A stretch of 64,000 nt of DNA from Chiloscyllium plagiosum (GCF_004010195.1 NC_057719.1:79596503-79660502); one strand, 5' to 3'; shown: positions 1 to 11,879, counted from the first letter of the stretch. Program-made: numbers and translations. Notes: a model not told the origin generated them from the sequence alone.

Positions 1-93
1 GGGGTATGGGTGGGTTGCGCTTTGGCGGGTCGGTGTGGACTTGTTGGGCCGAAGGGCCTGTTTCCACACTGTAATGTAATCTAATCTAATCTA
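1..93 (+). mobile_element. HE1-type SINE, 3' end (cut by window edge)
   Basis: Near-identical to the 3' part of the copies at 6683 and 41397; ends in (TAATC)n tail. Confidence 0.9.
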
Positions 94-279
94 AAATGCC
101 ATAAACCACATGACCAACTGCTGAATGCAGAAGCAATGCTAGCAGGAGTTTGCATATTAGTTGTTCATCATGGCAAGTTGTAGCTTATGCTGTTTATAAA
201 CCTGATTAAACTTTTCAACTAAGCTAGATCCATGCTACCCAATCCGTGTTACTTACTGATAACACACGAAAGCACAGCA

Positions 280-435
280 ACGTTTATCCCTCAACCCACC
301 AATACTAAAACAGATAATCTCATCACTATCATATGGTTGTCTGTGGAAACTTGCTGTGCCCACATTTGGACCCTTACTTTCCTAGCTTGGCTGCATTTCA
401 GAAAATGCTTTGTTGGCTCTAAAGCACTTTGAGAT
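280..435 (+). mobile_element. Deu-domain SINE (SacSINE1/AmnSINE-like) remnant
   Basis: tttatccctcaacc..ctaaaacagataatct..ttgctgtg..taaagcactttg resembles the Deu-SINE body; similar to 13900 and 50515. Confidence 0.6.
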
Positions 436-963
436 ACCTGACCCATCTTACCACAAGCCAGATTTCAAAACCTGTCTGCGCCAACCTGAGCCACAATCCC
501 CAGGACCTGACTTCCCCTCGACATGACTCCCCGTATTCTAGATCTCACACTTCCCACTCCAAATGGATCTCTCCCTGTAGCTGGACCTAACATTCCCACC
601 CAATGTCAGACTATATCCTCAATGTATCCTTGCACTCATCCATTTGCCTGTGTAATGGAACCTCCAGAAATAGGTGGCGATAATGTGGGACAGCACGAAA
701 TAGGAGTGCTTGAGCAGTTGTGCTGAGCCCTTCAGTGATGTTGTGGGAGAGAGCAGAGCAGGGGGCTCAAGCAGTTTGTGTCTGAACCTCTAGCAAGAGG
801 CGATGTTGGTGAAAGTGGACCACTAGAGTTGTTGAATGGTCCCTCTCTGGAACAAAAGATGTTATTTTGGGAAAAGAGACCTTGTAGGAAGAGTGGGCAA
901 AGGATTCCTCAACCCTATCTAAAATAAGGGTTTAATTCCATAGAAATACTATAAATGCAATAA

Positions 964-1278
964 GAGTGGCATGATGGCTCAGCAGTTAGCACCGCTGCCT
1001 CACAGTGCCATGGACTCAGGCTCGATTCCCGCCTCAGGTAGCTGCCTGTGTGGAGTTTGAACATTCTCTGCGTGTCTGTGTGGGTTTCCTCCCACAATCC
1101 AAAGATGTGCAGGTCAGGTGAATTGGCCATGCTAAATTTCCCAAAGTGTTAGGTGCATCAGTCAGCGTTAAATATAGGGTAGGAGAATGGGTCTGGGTGG
1201 ATTACTCTTCGGAAGGTCGGTGTGGCATTGTTGGGTGAAATGGCCTGTTTCCATGCTGTAGAGAATCTAATCTAATCT
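964..1278 (+). mobile_element. HE1-type SINE
   Basis: tRNA-like head, conserved body, LINE-derived tail, aatctaatct end. Confidence 0.9.
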
Positions 1279-1627
1279 GCTTCTTTGTTTCATCTTAATT
1301 TCCCTTCATGTTTGTAATGATTCGATGCCACTGGAATAAAGAATCTCTGCTTCATGATCTTTTGGTTTTCTGTGTCGAATCACATTTACACCCTCCCTTG
1401 TTCTATCAGTCACCTGAATCCCTCATCCACGCGGCACTCTACACTCCTGACACCCTAACCCTACCCCCATACTTACCTTACATTTTTACCTTTGTCTCAG
1501 TAGCTGTCAAAGTTGCTGCAGGATACTTAATCTGTAAAATAAGGCTCTTAATGATGATAAAGGGCACGTGGTTTCCATGGTGATTCTCTCTGCAGCCAAA
1601 TGTGAGCTTCCCTGCATTCTTCTTGGA

Positions 1628-2160
1628 AAACTGCGTTCAACTCTGGTCTCCCTGCTAGAGGAAGAATGTTGTTAAACTTGAAAGGATTCAGAAAAGACTT
1701 ATAAGGATGTTGCTGGGGCTGGAGAATTTGAGCTACAGGGAGAGGCTGAATAGGCTGAGGTCATTTACCCTGGAGCGTCGGAGGCTGAGGGATGACCTTG
1801 TAGAGGTTTATAAAATCATGAGGGACATGGATACACTGAATAGCCAAGGTCTTTTCCCCAGGGTAGGGGAGTCCAAAACTAGAGGGCACAGGTTTAAGAT
1901 GAGTGGAGAAAGATTTTAAAGTGGGCAACATTTTCATACCGAGGGTGGCGCGTGTATGGAATGAGCTGCCAGAGGAAGTGGTGGAGGCTGGTACAATTGC
2001 AACATTTAACAGGCATCTGGATAGCTATATGAATAGGAACGGTTTAGAGGGCTATGGGCCAAATGTGGGCAAACAGGACTAGATTAATTTAGGTTATCTC
2101 ATCGACACAAATGAGTTGGGCTGAAGGGTGTTTCTGTGCTGTACAACTGTATGACTCTAT
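1628..2160 (+). mobile_element. CR1/HER1 LINE 3' fragment
   Basis: ORF 1707..1919 LSYRERLNRL..LERRRLRDDLVEVYKIM..TRGH is the CR1 ORF2 C-terminus; ends tatgactctat. Confidence 0.9.
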
Positions 2161-2164
2161 CTCC

Positions 2165-2545
2165 ACTGTTCTATATCAAGACGACCATTGGCCAGAAAAT
2201 TCCAGGGCAAAACGGATCAAAAGGTAAGTATGTAAGTGTTAGCCCAATCAGGTCAGAGATTCTGATTGGATCTCTGGGCCAATGACCCCAACCTCCAGTC
2301 TGAGACAGCATATCACCATTCCTTCATCATCGCTTGTTCAATGTGCTGGAAATGACGTCACCAACCCAAGGAAACCTAAACACAAAAATAAAAAGCAGGC
2401 CATACCACCAGAGCTTCATCGGGAGGCTCATTGATTATGCTACCCAGTATGGTGATGAAACGTCTGAAAATGAACTTTCCAGCTCAGCGGGCAAACCTAC
2501 ATCCAGAACCTCAACCTGATCTATAAATCTTCTCAAAGTTTGCTC
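2165..2545 (+). mobile_element. PLE 3'/pLTR fragment with degenerate HHR (~2427-2467)
   Basis: tca-TTGATTA-stem-GAAA-CGTC-tga; homologous to the arms of the 2792 palindrome. Confidence 0.55.
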
Positions 2546-2791
2546 ATGCTATCCTTCACTAACGCTGTCAACATGAGTGTTCGTCAGACAGAAAGTAGAA
2601 ACAAATGCCTTTGTATAATGAGTTTTTGGAATTCTCTTCCCTAAAAGATGGTGTGTAGGATTGTGAGCCTTTCCCTAAAAGGTGGTGGTAGCTTTGAATA
2701 TTTTTGAGTCACTGGCAAATAGCTTCTTGGTAAGCAAGGTTACAAGGGGTAGGCGGGAATCTGGATCTGAGGTTATAGTCAGATTGGTCAT

Positions 2792-3181
2792 TTTGCAAGG
2801 TTTGTGAAGGTTTGTGGCTAAGGTTGAGGTTTAGGGTGTAGGTTTGCTCGCTGAGCTGCAGGTTTGATATCCAGACATTTCATTACCTGGCTAGGTAATA
2901 TCAGTGGCGACCTCCAAGTGAAGCGAAGCTGTTGTCTCCTGCTTTCTATTTATATCTTTCTCCTGGATGGGGTTCCTGGGGTTTGTGATGATGTCATTTC
3001 CTGTTCGTTTTTTGTTTCAACCCCTCAGAAAACGAACAGGAAATGACATCACCACAAACCCCAGGAACCCCATCTAGTAGAAAGATATAAATAGAAAGCA
3101 GGAGACAACAGCTTCATTACCTAGCCAGGTAATGAAATGTCTGGATATCAAACCTGCAGCTCAGCGAGCAAACCTACACCC
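2792..3181. mobile_element. Palindromic PLE-derived insertion, 390 bp
   Basis: Arms ~2834-3014 and ~3026-3181 are reverse complements; TSD cagattggtcat (2780-2791) / cagactggtcat (3182-3193); degenerate HHR in arms. Confidence 0.8.
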
Positions 3182-3446
3182 CAGACTGGTCATGATTTCT
3201 GCAGTGCAGGGAAGCTACCAAGGATACATACATGTAAAGCTGCAATTAAAATCTTCTATCAACAGTGACCTTAGAGTCAAGATGAAGTAGGTGTGACAAA
3301 AGGACACCTGTTGTCTCAACCTGTGGTGTTTAAACTTACAAAAGGGACTTGAGGGCACCTCACCTGAATGGGAGATTAGCAATTTTGCTCAAGTGATAAC
3401 GTAACTTTTCCAGGACCTTCCTCTGAATTAATTGTGTAACCTTCTT

Positions 3447-4235
3447 AAGATGGCGGCAAGGTGGTGTGGGATGGGTATTCCAGAGCTTAGAGCCCAGGCG
3501 GCTGAAGGCATGACCTTCACTGATGGATTGAGATAATCTGGGACGTTGTGCAGACTCCCAGCCCAGGGCCTGTTGCTTATCTACTCCGTTCGCCTTTACT
3601 ACTTTTCTTTTTCTTTTACCATGTTTAATGTTTTTCAATTAGACATCAAATTCATCATACCTTCACTTAAAAGCTTCAGCTGTGAGCTTCTCCTAAACAA
3701 TGGTTCCTTCTGGCAGTCCGAAGTGGTGGTCTTCCCCAGCGTGTTGGTCTTCGCCTGTGGAGCGGTCCCTAGGAGAGCGGTTTGTCCCGTTTTGTGATCT
3801 TGGCGGCATTCCGGCTCAAGCTTAATTTTGGGCGAGTGCTTCCGACTCGCTGTTCCGACATCCCAGCATGTCGTTTCATCGATGGGTGGCTGTCTTGCTC
3901 CAGCCCAGTAATCCGATGGCCCAGTGTTGTTATAAGTGGCATTCTTGGCAGCGGATTTTCTTCGGAGGCTTTCCACCCAATGGAGTGGCGTTTCCATATT
4001 TGTCCCGTTGTGTCGTTCTCATCGTGGATGTGGATCTCAGTCTGGCTGTGTGTATCGTCTCTGGATCAGCTTTCTTCGAGACCAAGAGTCTTTTGAATGG
4101 ATTCTGATGAACTTTGTCTTATATTTACTTCTTGTAACTTATTTCATTAATATATGTGTCATGGTAACGTGACTTAGAACACTTGTTGTTGCATTTTTCT
4201 TGTAAACATACATCTGGCAATAAATACTCGGTTCA
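3447..4235 (+). mobile_element. Unclassified CpG-rich non-coding repeat, possibly a non-autonomous LINE derivative
   Basis: Starts aagatggcggc, ends catacatctggcaataaa, similar to Rex1/Babar-type tails; no recognisable ORF. Confidence 0.35.
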
Positions 4236-4430
4236 CCAGCACTATAACTATCACGCAATTTCTGTATATCTTAAAAACATGGCCTCTTTTACATCCCAGA
4301 ATGTCTCAATCCATCACTGAAGGTCATGCCTTTAGCTGCCTGGGCCCTAAGCTGTGGAATACCCGTCCCACATTACCTTTTTCTCCATATTTAAACCTAC
4401 AATTTTGGCTAAGCTTTTGGTGCCGCAGAT

Positions 4431-4558
4431 GGAAGTGAGGACTGCAGATGCCAGAGATTAGAGTCAAAACGTATGGCGTTGGAAAAGTGCAGCAGGTCAG
4501 GCAGCATCCGAGAAGCAGGGGAGTCGATGTTTTGGGCATAAGCCCTTCATCAGGAATG
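4431..4558 (-). mobile_element. PLE-derived HHR mini-element (family A)
   Basis: Minus strand cattc-CTGATGA-a-GGGC ttat GCCC-aaaacatc (CpG-decayed GAAACGTC); same 5' end as the 20602 copy. Confidence 0.8.
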
Positions 4559-5040
4559 TTCTACGGTTCCAGATTGGGTAACCCAAATTGTTAAGCTCAT
4601 GTCTGAGTGGTGTCAAACTGGCTCCCTTTCGTATGCACCCGGCCCCTCAGTTGGTCATAACAAGGTTAATTTATAATGGATTCCATTCTTTCTCCCAGAT
4701 CTAAATGCTTTTGTATTTTAAAAGGAGGCGATTTAATCACGCGTCTGACAGCTCTGAGGACTGTGGATAGCTCCACTGAACTGGTCAGGAAACAGAGCTT
4801 GGTGTCGCCACCGGGCATATGAAGGTTGACCCCCAGGTGACAGCCATTGCTGTCCTGCCCTGACATTCACCATTCACTCATTGAGGCGGCTGGATAGTGA
4901 CTTGCTACAGCAATCAACGGAGATTGACCACATCCCCCCCACCAGCCTTCCTTTCTGTAACACAAAGGGCTGAGATTAATTGTCTTGCCCTCTTCCTACT
5001 GCATCGGCCTGACATCAAGCACTGATCAGACGGCAAACTT

Positions 5041-5434
5041 GGGACTTTCCAAATGAACTAAGGAGTGCATTACTCTTTTATCCATCAGAGAACTAAGGTG
5101 ACCTGTAACCTCGCTGCTCAATTACAGCTGAAGATTGGAGCGCCTCTCAATGATGACCTTTGACCCTGAGATAAAAGCTCTGGGAGCTCACTGCGCTTGC
5201 AGAAGTGTCACGGACTCATGGCCAGTCCACACACACTGCCCATGCCTAGCTTGGGCACATTTCCCAAAGTGCTTTTGTCTGATTAAACATTGATGTACGT
5301 GGCATAGGACAGAAGGATTCAGTCATCTTTCAGAGTAGACAAGAGTTCCTTCCCCCACCACATTCACCGCCTCCTCAATTTCCTCCTTGCTGTCACTGTG
5401 ACCTATGACCCCCATCCTCTCTGACCTATGACCT
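5041..5434. promoter_or_regulatory. Candidate enhancer: NF-kB consensus plus four DR1 nuclear-receptor elements
   Basis: GGGACTTTCC 5041-5050; TGACCT-n-TGACCY-type at 5099-5111, 5154-5166, 5399-5411 and 5422-5434. Confidence 0.45.
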
Positions 5435-5889
5435 TTCTGCTTGTTACCCAGGTTTATGATGAGTAGTTAGTCTGACAAGATGCAGTAAATCAGCCTAGTA
5501 CCAAACAAGAGGAATGCTTATTAAGTTCAACTCAGCAAAAGAAATTCGGGCTGTGTTAGTCTTTGCTGGCTGTGCTGTGTTGGAAAGATGCTGTCTACAC
5601 ATTTACCAATCTAAAACTCTCCATCAAGGGAGGTGGCAGCTTTCACCAACTGAGGGGAAAAAGGCTCAAAATGGAAGAACCTGTTTCTACATAAATGTAG
5701 CACCTGGATTACATGGACCTCGAAGATTCCTTCAGACCTGTGCTGAGTTAGTTGATCACATAAATGAGCTAGAGGGCTATTAGGTTTCAGCATCCTTGGG
5801 CTATGCAGGGAGAAACAAAAAATACTTAACGCAATGATTTCCTATCATTGTGTCAACTGTGACACACTGTTAAGTGAGAAGCTGGTGAC

Positions 5890-6190
5890 GTTTGAGTCAA
5901 AATTCAGACTAACCCACTCAGTGCAGTAGTGGTGGAATGCTGTAATGTTCAAGCCAGCTTTAGGACAAGACTCTCAACCAAGTGAACTCTCAGATGGAAG
6001 CAAAGCATTCTTGACACTGTTTCAAAACAGAGCGCATGAGTTCTCCCCTGTCCCCTCCCTTGGTTTTCTGGCCAATACTTAGCCTTCAATCAACATGTCT
6101 GAGAAGGAGTTTTTCCGGTCGTTTATCACAATACTGCTCATGGCACCTTGCCACTTGCAAATTTTCCGCCATGATTTCCTACAACAGGGA
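5890..6190 (+). mobile_element. Deu-domain SINE remnant
   Basis: gagttctcccctgtcc..tggccaata..tcaatcaacat..gcaaatt..ttcctaca matches the Deu-SINE layout. Confidence 0.55.
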
Positions 6191-6555
6191 CTCCATTTTG
6201 AACACTCATTACAACTGGTCCCTGGGTGAGGTTCCTCAACTTGTTATGGTTCCAAAAAGGATATCCCTAATTGTTAAAGTTCTGGGTGAGGAGAGAGGAA
6301 CTGGCTCCCCTTTTGTTTTCACCTGCAGCCCCCTCTCAGCTGGTCACATTAGGTTAATTTTAAAATAATCCTTTGCGAATATCTTATTCCCAGATCGAAA
6401 TGTGTTTATGTTTTAGAAGGAGCCAATTTTAACTAGGTTTCCTTGTGTCAATGAAAATGTTAGCTTATCAGTTATTAAATATGAAAAGACAAAATGATGC
6501 AGCAAATAGACACACAGATTAGAAATAAATGAATCCAAAAATAAAAATCTGTCTC

Positions 6556-6682
6556 CAAACAGGTTTATTTGGAAGCACTAGCTTTCAGAGCGTTGCTCCT
6601 TCATCGGGTGGTTGAAGCAGGATCATAAGACACAGATTTTATAGCAAAAAATCTCAGTGTTATGCAATTGAAATTATATATT
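6556..6682 (-). mobile_element. PLE fragment (family B) with degenerate HHR ~6579-6613
   Basis: Minus strand cac-CCGATGA-aGGAGCaacGCTCT-GAAA-GCTA-gtg. Confidence 0.75.
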
Positions 6683-6995
6683 GGGCGGCACGGTGGCACA
6701 GTGGTTAGCACTGCTGCCTCACAGCACCAGAGACCCGGGTTCAATTCCCGACTCAGGCGACTGACTGTGTGGAGTTTGCACGTTCTCCCCGTGTCTGCGT
6801 GGGTTTCCTCCGGGTGCTCCGGTTTCCTCCCACAGTCCAAAGATGTGCAGGTCAGGTGAATTGGCCATGCTAAATTGCCCTTAGTGTTAGGTAAAGGGGT
6901 AAATATAGGGGTATGGGTGGGTTGCGCTTCGGCGGGTCGGTGTGGACTTGTTGGGCCGAAGGGCCTGTTTCCACACTGTAAGTCTAATCTAATCT
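6683..6995 (+). mobile_element. HE1-type SINE, young full-length copy
   Basis: A box tggcacagtgg, B box ggttcaattcc, CpGs retained, (TAATC)n tail. Confidence 0.95.
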
Positions 6996-7263
6996 GAAAA
7001 AAAATCACTCTTGAGGATTGTGTTGTAGAACATTGCAGTCATTGATGACAAAGGTAGCATTGACGTTGATAGTTAATTGGGTGATTTTGAGATTCTTGGC
7101 TTTTCAGATTGATTGAAATTCTTATGTCTTGGTTCATTTTGATGGTAGTTAGTTTGCAGAGTGAGCGGGTGTTCTTTTAGCTATCTTTACCCGCAGTGCA
7201 GGAATGTTTAACCACTCTTCTCAGACCCGGACTTTCACATTATTCTGATCTCTGGAACATCAG

Positions 7264-7459
7264 AGTCAAAAAATGTGATGCTGGAAAAGCACAGCAGATC
7301 AGGCAGCATCTGAGGCGCAGGAGAATCAGGAATCGATGAAAAGCTTATGCCCGAAACGTCGATTCTCCTGCTCCTCGGATGCTGCCTGACCTCCTGTGCT
7401 TTTCCAGCACCACACTTTTTAGATTCTGATCTCCAGCATCTGCAGTACTCATTTTCTCC
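7264..7459. mobile_element. Palindromic PLE/HHR mini-element (family A), 196 bp
   Basis: Inverted arms; TSD ctggaacatcag (7252-7263) / ctgaaacatcag (7460-7471); partial HHR gatgaa..gcccGAAACGTC ~7336-7360. Confidence 0.85.
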
Positions 7460-8654
7460 CTGAAACATCAGGCCACAAACACAACCAAACCAGGGGATGC
7501 AATCAGTTTTGAATCCTTTTTTTATTGTGTACGCCTGGGTGAGTAAACATGTCTGCCTGAGTTGGCTCACACCTGAGATGGAGTTGTGTAGTCAGCCTCT
7601 TGTTATCTCCTCTGTTTTTGTCTTTCTGTTTGAAATTTCCCTGATGCCGTACAGACGGGACATTACACAGGTCCACACAGGACTTGACAGACAGTCACTG
7701 GTTGTAAACCTCCAGTCATTCTTTGGTTGTAGCATTCCTCTTTTGAAAAAAACATGCGTTGAAATTAAAAGTTTCTTATTTCTGTACATAATTCAGGGTT
7801 CTGATCCACCACTACGATGGCAAACTTCATTGACCTTAGAGTGCGCTGGGCCCACTCTTGAGCTGCTGGAATGTGTGGTCGGACTTCAAGCCTTTGTTTG
7901 TCTCTGCCTCTGTCAGCTTGGACAGGATCAAACTTTCCCCTGACTTCCCCAACAGCTGAATAACCCGAGGATGCTCGCCACTAAAGCCCACACATAAAGG
8001 CAGGCTGGAAACGAGCAATAGTTGGAACCGCATTGCAGCGGCGCTCATAAGGTCAGAAGGAATCCAAGCAGGAATAGGCCATTCAGTCCATCAAGAGTCC
8101 TCCGTTATTCAGTAAACTCATAGCAGAACTGATTGAAGCATTAAATCCAGCTTCCTACTCCCATAACCCTTCACCCCTTTGTTTATTAATGATCTGACTA
8201 ACAAGGCCTCAATGGTGTGGCCTCTAACAGCGTTCCCTCTGATTTTTTTTTCCCAAAGGCACGGTTTCCGAGGCCTGTGCGTGGCTGCAACTTCCAGGAC
8301 CAGATGCCCATGCCGCAGTCATCGTGCCAATGGCCGTGTGTGGCACATCGGAGCAGCCACTCCCTCACACAGCTTGGATGGAAGGCAGGCCTCCACTGTA
8401 CTTTGGGAAGCATCATTTCAAATCCTCTGAGAGAAGGAACTTCTCTTTACCACATCTCAAACGGAAGACTCCTTTTTCTGAAAACGTGCGTTGTAGCTTT
8501 TTTTTTATTTCCCCAAGAGCGGAAACAACTGATCAGCATCTACCTTGTCAAGCCTCCTCAGAATCATATGTCAAGACCAGTTCCTTTTCTCTAATAACAA
8601 TATGGCTAAGCTCCTTGACCTTTCCTCATACAACAACCCCTTCATCACAGGGAT

Positions 8655-9005
8655 CAAACTTGTCACAGAGTCATAGAGATATCCCTCTTCAGTCCAACTT
8701 GTCCATGCCGACCAGATATCCTAAATCAATCTAGTCCTATTTGCCAGCATATCCCTCTAAACCCTTCCTATTCATATACGCTTCCAGATGCCTTTTAAAT
8801 GTTGTAATTGTACCAGCCTCCACCACTTCCTCTGGCAGCTCATTCCATACATGCACCACCCTCTGCGTGGAAAATGTTGCCCCTTAGGTCCCTTTTAGGT
8901 TTTTCCCCTTTCATCTTAAATCTATGCCCTCTAGTTTCCCCTACATTCAGGAAAAGACCTTGACTATTTACCCTATCCATGCCCCTCATGATTTTATAAA
9001 CTTCT
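8655..9005 (-). mobile_element. CR1/HER1 LINE 3' fragment
   Basis: Reverse complement of the CR1 3' end at 1790-2160; agagtcatagaga tail. Confidence 0.85.
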
Positions 9006-9177
9006 TTGAGAGCCTTCATTGAAGGGCTTCCTTTGCTAATAAGGAAACCAAAACCGTATGCAGGACAGTGATTGTGGTCTCAGTAAACGTACAATTGTAG
9101 CAAGACTTCCTGACTTTTATACCCCCATTCCCTTTGCAATGAAGGCCATTAGTCCTTTTACCTTCCTAAGTATTTGC

Positions 9178-9489
9178 CAGTGGCTCAGTGGTTAGCAGTG
9201 CTGCCTCACAGTGCCAGGGACCTGGGTTTGATTCCAGCCTCAGGGCAACTATCTGTGTGCAGTTTGCACGTGCTCCCCGTGTTTGTGTGCGTTTCGTCTC
9301 ACTATCCAAAGATGTGCATTTTAGGTGAATTGGCCAAGCTAAATTGCCCATAGTGTTCAGGGATGTATACGCTAGGTGGATTAGTCAGGGGTAAATGTAA
9401 GGGAATGGGTCTGGGTGGGTTATTCTTCGGAGGGTCAGTGTGGACTTGTTGGACCAAAGGGCCTGTTTCCACAGGAATCTATGATTCTA
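9178..9489 (+). mobile_element. HE1-type SINE
   Basis: Head, body and tail match other copies; internal deletion. Confidence 0.9.
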
Positions 9490-9513
9490 CTTGCTGCAAC
9501 AGCACGCTACCTT

Positions 9514-11392
9514 TTTTAAAAAGCAGTACAGGCCCTTTGGCCCTCGATGTTTAGCCGACATGTGAAACCAATCTGAAGCCCATCTAACCTACACTTTCCA
9601 TTTTCATCCATATGCCTATCCAATGACCATTTAAATGTCCTTAAAGTCAGCAAGTCTACTACTGTTTCAGGCAGGCAGTTCCATGGCCCTACTACTTTCT
9701 GAGTAAAGAAACTACCTCTTACATCTGTCCTATATCTATCACCCTTCAATTCAAAGCTATGTTCACTCATGCATGCCATTACCATCCAAGGAAAAAGGCT
9801 CTCCCTGTCCACCCTATCTTTAAAGCTATGCCCCCTCGTGCTCGCCGTCACCATACTTGGAAAAAGGCTTTCCCTGTCCACCCTAACTAACCCTATGATT
9901 ATCTTATATGTCACCTCTCAACCTTCTTCTCTTTAATAAAAACAGCCTCAAGTCCCTCAGCCTTTCCTTGTAAGACCCTCCCTCCATAACCAGGCAACTT
10001 CCTAGTAGATCTCCTCTGAACCCTTTCCAATGCTTCCTCATCCTCCCTATAATGCGGCAACCAGAAATGTACGCAATACTCCAAGTGCGACCATGCCAGA
10101 GTTTTGTACAGCTGCAACATAACCTCGTGACTCCAAAACTCAATCCCTCTACCAATAAAAGCTAACACACCATGCGCCTTCTTAACAACCCTATCAACCT
10201 GGGTGGCAACTTTCAGGGATCTATGCATATGGACACGAAGGTGCTACTAAGAATCTTACCATTAGCCCAGCATTCTTTATTCCTGTTATTCCTTCCAAAG
10301 TGAATCGCCTCACATTTTGTCTACATTAAACTCCATTTGGCACCCCTTAGCCCAGCTCTGCAGCTTACCTATGTCCCTGTATAACCTGCAACATCCTTCT
10401 GCACCCTCCGCAACTCCACCGACCTTAGTGTCAACCTCAAATTCACTAACCTATCCTTCTATGCCAGATCATTTATAAAAATGACAAACAGCAGTGGCTC
10501 CAAACACTACGAGTAACTGAACTCCAGGATGACCATCTCCCATCATCCACCATCCTGTCTTCTTTCAGCTAGCCAATTTCTGATCCAAACTGCTAAACCA
10601 CCCTCAATCCCATGCCTCCGTATTTTCTGCAATAGCCTACCATGGGGAACCTTTTCAAACACTTTATTGATATCCGTATACAGCACATCAATGCTTTACC
10701 CTCATCCACCTGTTTGGTCACCTTCTCAAAGAACTCAATAAGGTTTGTGAGGCATGACCTACCATTCAAAAAACCATGTTGACTATCCCTAATCAACTTA
10801 TTCCTTTCTAGATGATTATAAATTCTATCTCTCATAACCTTTTCCAACACTTTACCCACAACTGAGGTAAGGCTCACTGGTCTATAATTACCAGGGTTGT
10901 CTCTACTCCCCTTCTTGAACAAGGGAACAACATTTTCTATCCTCCAGACTTCTGGCACTATTCCTGTAGACAATGATGACGTAAAGATCAAAACCAAAGG
11001 CTCTGCAACCTCCTCCCAGGCTTCCCAGAGAATCCTAGGATAAATCCCACCCGACCCTCCCCTTCTTGAACAAGGGAACAACATTTTCTATCCTCCAGAC
11101 TTCTGGCACTATTCCTGTAGACAATGACGACGTAAAGATCAAAACCAAAGGCTCTGCAACCACCTCCCTGGCTTCCCAGAGAATCCTAGGATAAATCCCA
11201 CCCGACCCAGGGGACTTATCTGTTTTCACACTTTCCAGAATTGCTAACACCTCCTCCTTATGAACCTCAATCCCATCTCATCAGTATTCTCTTTGATCAA
11301 CATTGTCTTTTCCTGTGTGAATACTGACGAAAGGTATTCATTTGGTGTCTCTCCTATCTCCTTACACTCCATGCACAACTTCCCACTACTGT
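9514..11392 (-). mobile_element. CR1 LINE, 5'-truncated ORF2 (RT), frameshifted, with two internal tandem duplications
   Basis: ORF pieces PLFKKGSRDNPGNYRPVSLTSVVGK..QHGF..SCLTNL; LEYCVHFW; duplications at 9751-9888 and 10906-11207. Confidence 0.95.
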
Positions 11393-11879
11393 CACTTTTC
11401 TTGTGACTCATGTGTGAGGCCACCCAGATCAAGCCCTCTGTACTGCAACAGCCTGTCTCAGTTTAAGCATTTTTCTGCTTTTCCATTCTTTGCTCCATGG
11501 TGGACCATGTAACATGTTCCCACATTGTCCTTAATAGCTCAAAGTTTTGCCCACTCACTTGAACTTTCTCTAATCCCTCTGCAGTCTCTGTATTATCCTC
11601 ACATCTTGTTTTCTTGCCTGTCTCAGCAAGTTTAGCTACAATGCAGCTTTCCCCTTCACTAGTTACTCACTAAAAGTCTTCACTGGGGCCAGGTCCACTT
11701 GGAACAATGTCCATCAATATAGTTCAACCATTTCTTCCTCAACTGAGATCAAAATGGCTCATTAAAACAGCTTTATTAATAACTAGGGAATAAAGCTTAG
11801 TTCATCCACAGGAATTCCTCACAAGCCATTTTTGAACATCTATATATCCAAGGTGGCAAGAAAAATGGCTGCCTTTCTT

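Noticed and set aside
2792..3181. MITE / DNA transposon interpretation of the palindromic inserts
   Set aside because: TSDs vary from 11 to 16 bp, arms are asymmetric, and the same HHR-tail architecture occurs in the RT/GIY-YIG PLE at 48137.
4666..4866. 66-aa minus-strand ORF downstream of the DR1 cluster as a small gene
   Set aside because: No recognisable domain or supporting exon structure; length within chance expectation.
6683..6760. Functional tRNA genes at SINE heads
   Set aside because: A and B boxes run directly into SINE bodies; these are tRNA-derived heads, not tRNA genes.
6601..7008. Recurrent ORFs such as GNLAWPIHLTCTSLDCGRKPEHPEETHADTGR (also 16936, 23042, 27230, 41387) as a gene family
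   Set aside because: Chance antisense translations of the HE1 SINE.
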